DNA of 64,000 bases from Armatimonadota bacterium. Its GTDB lineage: Bacteria > Armatimonadota > SYMT01. Under the pieces are notes generated by a model. That model saw only the letters and a program-made list of their open reading frames with translations, was not told the origin of the DNA and searched no databases. Shown in pieces: positions 61,608-64,000 of this stretch. Location: contig JBKBRF010000010.1 in NCBI GenBank assembly GCA_046292385.1, forward strand, positions 1 through 64,000, read 5' to 3'. The stretch's first letter is position 1. Every line of letters begins with the position of its first letter. Both the position numbers and the translations under genes were made by a program.

Positions 61608-61638
61608 TCCGGCGGCGGGTAAACAACCCGCCGCCGGA
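61608..61638. terminator. Hairpin between convergent genes
   Basis: TCCGGCGGCGGGT-AAACA-ACCCGCCGCCGGA 13-bp stem. Confidence 0.7.
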
Positions 61639-61650
61639 CAAGCTTCGACC

Positions 61651-62928
61651 TCAGCGGGTCTTGGCCGGGATGCTGAAGAGGTGCTTCTCGCTGCGGAGGA
61701 GGAGCGAGTCTCCGGCGGGCACCGGGGAGGCGACGATCCGCTCGCCCATCACGTTCTCGCTCAACAGCTCGAACTTCTCTTCCACGCGCGCGGCGAAGAC
61801 GGTGCCGTCTTCCCGGGCGGCGTAGAGGATGCCGTTGGCGATCACCGGCGAGGAGTAGAAGCTGCTGCGGTGGCGCGGGAACTCGCCTTCCCAGAGCGTC
61901 TTGCCGGTGGCGGGATCGACGCAGACCACGCCGCCGCGGTGCCGCAGCAGGTAGACCTTGCCCTTGTACTCCACCGGCGTGCTGCAGAAGACGCCCACGT
62001 CGTCCCGCTCCCAGGCGCGGTGCGTGGCGGTCACGTCGCCGCTGCCGCCCAGCCGCACCCCGAAGAGCGACGCCTGGCCCGGCCGGTCATCCCGCCCCAC
62101 CGGCAGCACGACCATGTCGTCGTGGATCACCGGGGACGCGATGGCGGGCCAGTTCTTCATGGCTTTCGGGTTGAAGCCGCCGCACGACCAGAGCAGCGCA
62201 CCGTTCTCCGCGGAGTGCGCGGTCAGGTGGTCCGACCCCCACAGCAGGAGCGCCGGCTTACCCTGGTGCCGGAAAAGGACCGGCGTGGTGTAGCCGTTGT
62301 CGTTCTCCGCCGGCACTTCGTAGTTGCGCGGCTGCAGCCAGCGCTGCTCGCCGGTCTTCTTATCGAAGGCGGCCACCCACGACTCGCCGTGGTGCATCCG
62401 GGTGATGATCACCTGGTCTCCCGCCAGCATCGGCGAGCTGCCGGTGTCCCAGTAGAGCTCTTCCGGTCCGAACTTCTCGTCCAGGTTGATCTGCCAGCGG
62501 ACCTGGCCGTCCAGCCCCAGCGCGGCCAGCCGGCCGCTCCGGAACCGCGCGAAGAGCGACTCCCCGTCGGTCACGGGCGAAGCGTTGCAGCTGGAGGCGA
62601 GCGTCCGGTGCCGCGGCGGGCTCTCCGGTCCGAGCTTCGTGAGCCACAACTGCTTGCCGCTGCGGTCGAGCGCCAGCACCGCGTCCTGGCCCTCCGCCGG
62701 AGTGGTGAGGTAGATCCGGTCGTTCGCCACGATCGGCGTGGAGACGCCCATGCCGGGGAGCGCCACCTTCCAGCGGGCATCTTCCGGGGTCCACTGCGTC
62801 GGATAGCTGCCGCGCGTGGTGCTGCCGCTGGAGGAGGGGCCGCGCCAGGCGGGCCAGTCGCCCGGCTTCGGGGCCGCCATCGCCGCGGCGGCGAGCAGGG
62901 CGCTGAGGCTGAGAATCGCGATCTTCAT
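61651..62928 (-). CDS. PQQ-like beta-propeller (BamB-like) exported protein
   Basis: Signal peptide, DWPAWRGP, repeated SPV/G..LW motifs. Confidence 0.9.
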   Translation of the reverse strand: MKIAILSLSALLAAAAMAAPKPGDWPAWRGPSSSGSTTRGSYPTQWTPEDARWKVALPGMGVSTPIVANDRIYLTTPAEGQDAVLALDRSGKQLWLTKLGPESPPRHRTLASSCNASPVTDGESLFARFRSGRLAALGLDGQVRWQINLDEKFGPEELYWDTGSSPMLAGDQVIITRMHHGESWVAAFDKKTGEQRWLQPRNYEVPAENDNGYTTPVLFRHQGKPALLLWGSDHLTAHSAENGALLWSCGGFNPKAMKNWPAIASPVIHDDMVVLPVGRDDRPGQASLFGVRLGGSGDVTATHRAWERDDVGVFCSTPVEYKGKVYLLRHRGGVVCVDPATGKTLWEGEFPRHRSSFYSSPVIANGILYAAREDGTVFAARVEEKFELLSENVMGERIVASPVPAGDSLLLRSEKHLFSIPAKTR

Positions 62929-63203
62929 GGGGCTCCCTCTCCTGCGTCTGGACACCACTCTCGCGAAGTAGAGGCGGAGTCATCGCTCAACCGGTTCGAG
63001 CAGCGTTGGCGCGCCAACGCTGTGGTTCGATTCGCGGGCCGACCGGCCGCGTCCTTCCTCTCCTACGACACTCCAACGTATGGCAATTCCTCCGCAGGAA
63101 TTATGGGCTCTCCGGCCGGTGCGGACCCGGGAGCAGCCGGGGGGAGCGGGCGTGGAGCGTCGCCCGGACGGCATGCCGCGCTCGCGGCAGGAGAAGGCAT
63201 CGA

Positions 63204-64000
63204 TCAGTCCGGTGAGGAAAACGCCGCTTTGGCGTCCAGGCTGAGTCGCCGATTGCCGCCGCGCTCCCGGATCTGCAGCTTGCCCCCGTCGTACTCCACC
63301 CGCTCCACGCCCTCGAAGCCTGCCGGCGTGCGCGCCAGGAACGCCGCGTAGCTGCGCGTGGCGCTCTCCCCGGCGTCGAGGTAGGTGTAGAGCGGCAGGT
63401 CGAAGATCCGCCCCTTCTTCACCAGCACCGGGAACGGCTGATGCAGCCCCGTGGTCCCGAACTCCAGCCCGCGCAGCGCCGGCCGGCCGTTCTCCACGTG
63501 ACGCCAGGCGTTGAACCAGGGGTAGTCCGCCGCCGGCCAGAGGTAGCCGATCAGCCGGCCCTGCTCCGGTGCGACCGCCGTGGTCCAGCCGTACCGGCCG
63601 GGCACCTCGAACGAGACGACGTTCGGGTTCGGGTCGTCCGCCAGCCGGCGCAGGTCGACCCGCTTCCCTTCGTGCAGCGCCCCCGGCCAGCGGACGGTCG
63701 GCTCCTCCGGGTTCGGCAGCGGGCTGCTCTGCATGAAGCCGCGCCGGGCGCCGGCGTCGACCCGTGTCTCGAGATCGAGGAACGGCGCGCCGATAGTCGG
63801 ATGCTGGACGATGTTGAAGATCCGGCCCAGCTTGTTCCGGTTGGTCACGGTCTCCCGCACCAGTACCAGCGGAGCGGAGTCCAGCATCCGGATCCGGCGC
63901 GTCACGGAGAGCCCGGCCAGCGGCAGCTCCGCCGCCATCTCCGCCTCGACGCCGCCGTCGGCGCGCACCGGCCCGCGGGTGAGCTTCCACTCCACTTTGG
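63204..64000 (-). CDS. Galactose-mutarotase-like protein (5' end outside the window)
   Basis: ETVTN...NIVQHPTIG, YPWFNAW, GLEFGT; the frame runs off the window end. Confidence 0.65.
   Translation of the reverse strand, partial: KVEWKLTRGPVRADGGVEAEMAAELPLAGLSVTRRIRMLDSAPLVLVRETVTNRNKLGRIFNIVQHPTIGAPFLDLETRVDAGARRGFMQSSPLPNPEEPTVRWPGALHEGKRVDLRRLADDPNPNVVSFEVPGRYGWTTAVAPEQGRLIGYLWPAADYPWFNAWRHVENGRPALRGLEFGTTGLHQPFPVLVKKGRIFDLPLYTYLDAGESATRSYAAFLARTPAGFEGVERVEYDGGKLQIRERGGNRRLSLDAKAAFSSPD

Overview
GC-rich bacterial chromosome segment. The DUF1559 pseudopilin, PSD/DUF1552, ASPIC-UnbV and Tat-exported Gfo/Idh/MocA genes suggest an Armatimonadota/PVC-like host (inference only). Bases 1-22,943 are mobile DNA, apparently two elements stacked at a tRNA-Gly(TCC) site whose intact gene is not in the window. 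The first (1-7246) is the tail of an island carrying a Cre-like recombinase, a perfect 13-8-13 lox-like site next to its gene, and a 1644-aa STAND-type ATPase with a C-terminal PLD-like domain (candidate anti-phage protein). The second (7199-22943, 15.7 kb) is a complete element bounded by 48-bp tRNA-Gly direct repeats. It encodes an integrase, prim-pol, primase/helicase with iteron-like repeats, TerS, a DUF2292 protein with tandem RNA hairpins and a terminator, a head-tail adaptor, a tail chaperone, a tape measure protein and an MraZ homologue. I found no capsid, portal, TerL, tail tube or lysis gene, so it is a candidate tail-manipulating phage satellite. The remainder (23-64 kb) is mostly host metabolic and envelope genes (UvrA-like ATPase, katG with a Fur-family regulator, uxaC, Cu amine oxidase, KaiC-like ATPase with a hybrid kinase, sigma factor). 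It also holds smaller insertion scars: a two-gene cassette flanked by a duplicated uvrA 3' end, and a ~390-bp non-coding repeat present twice, one copy splitting a PIN toxin gene. All family assignments come from motif recognition by eye; no searches were run.
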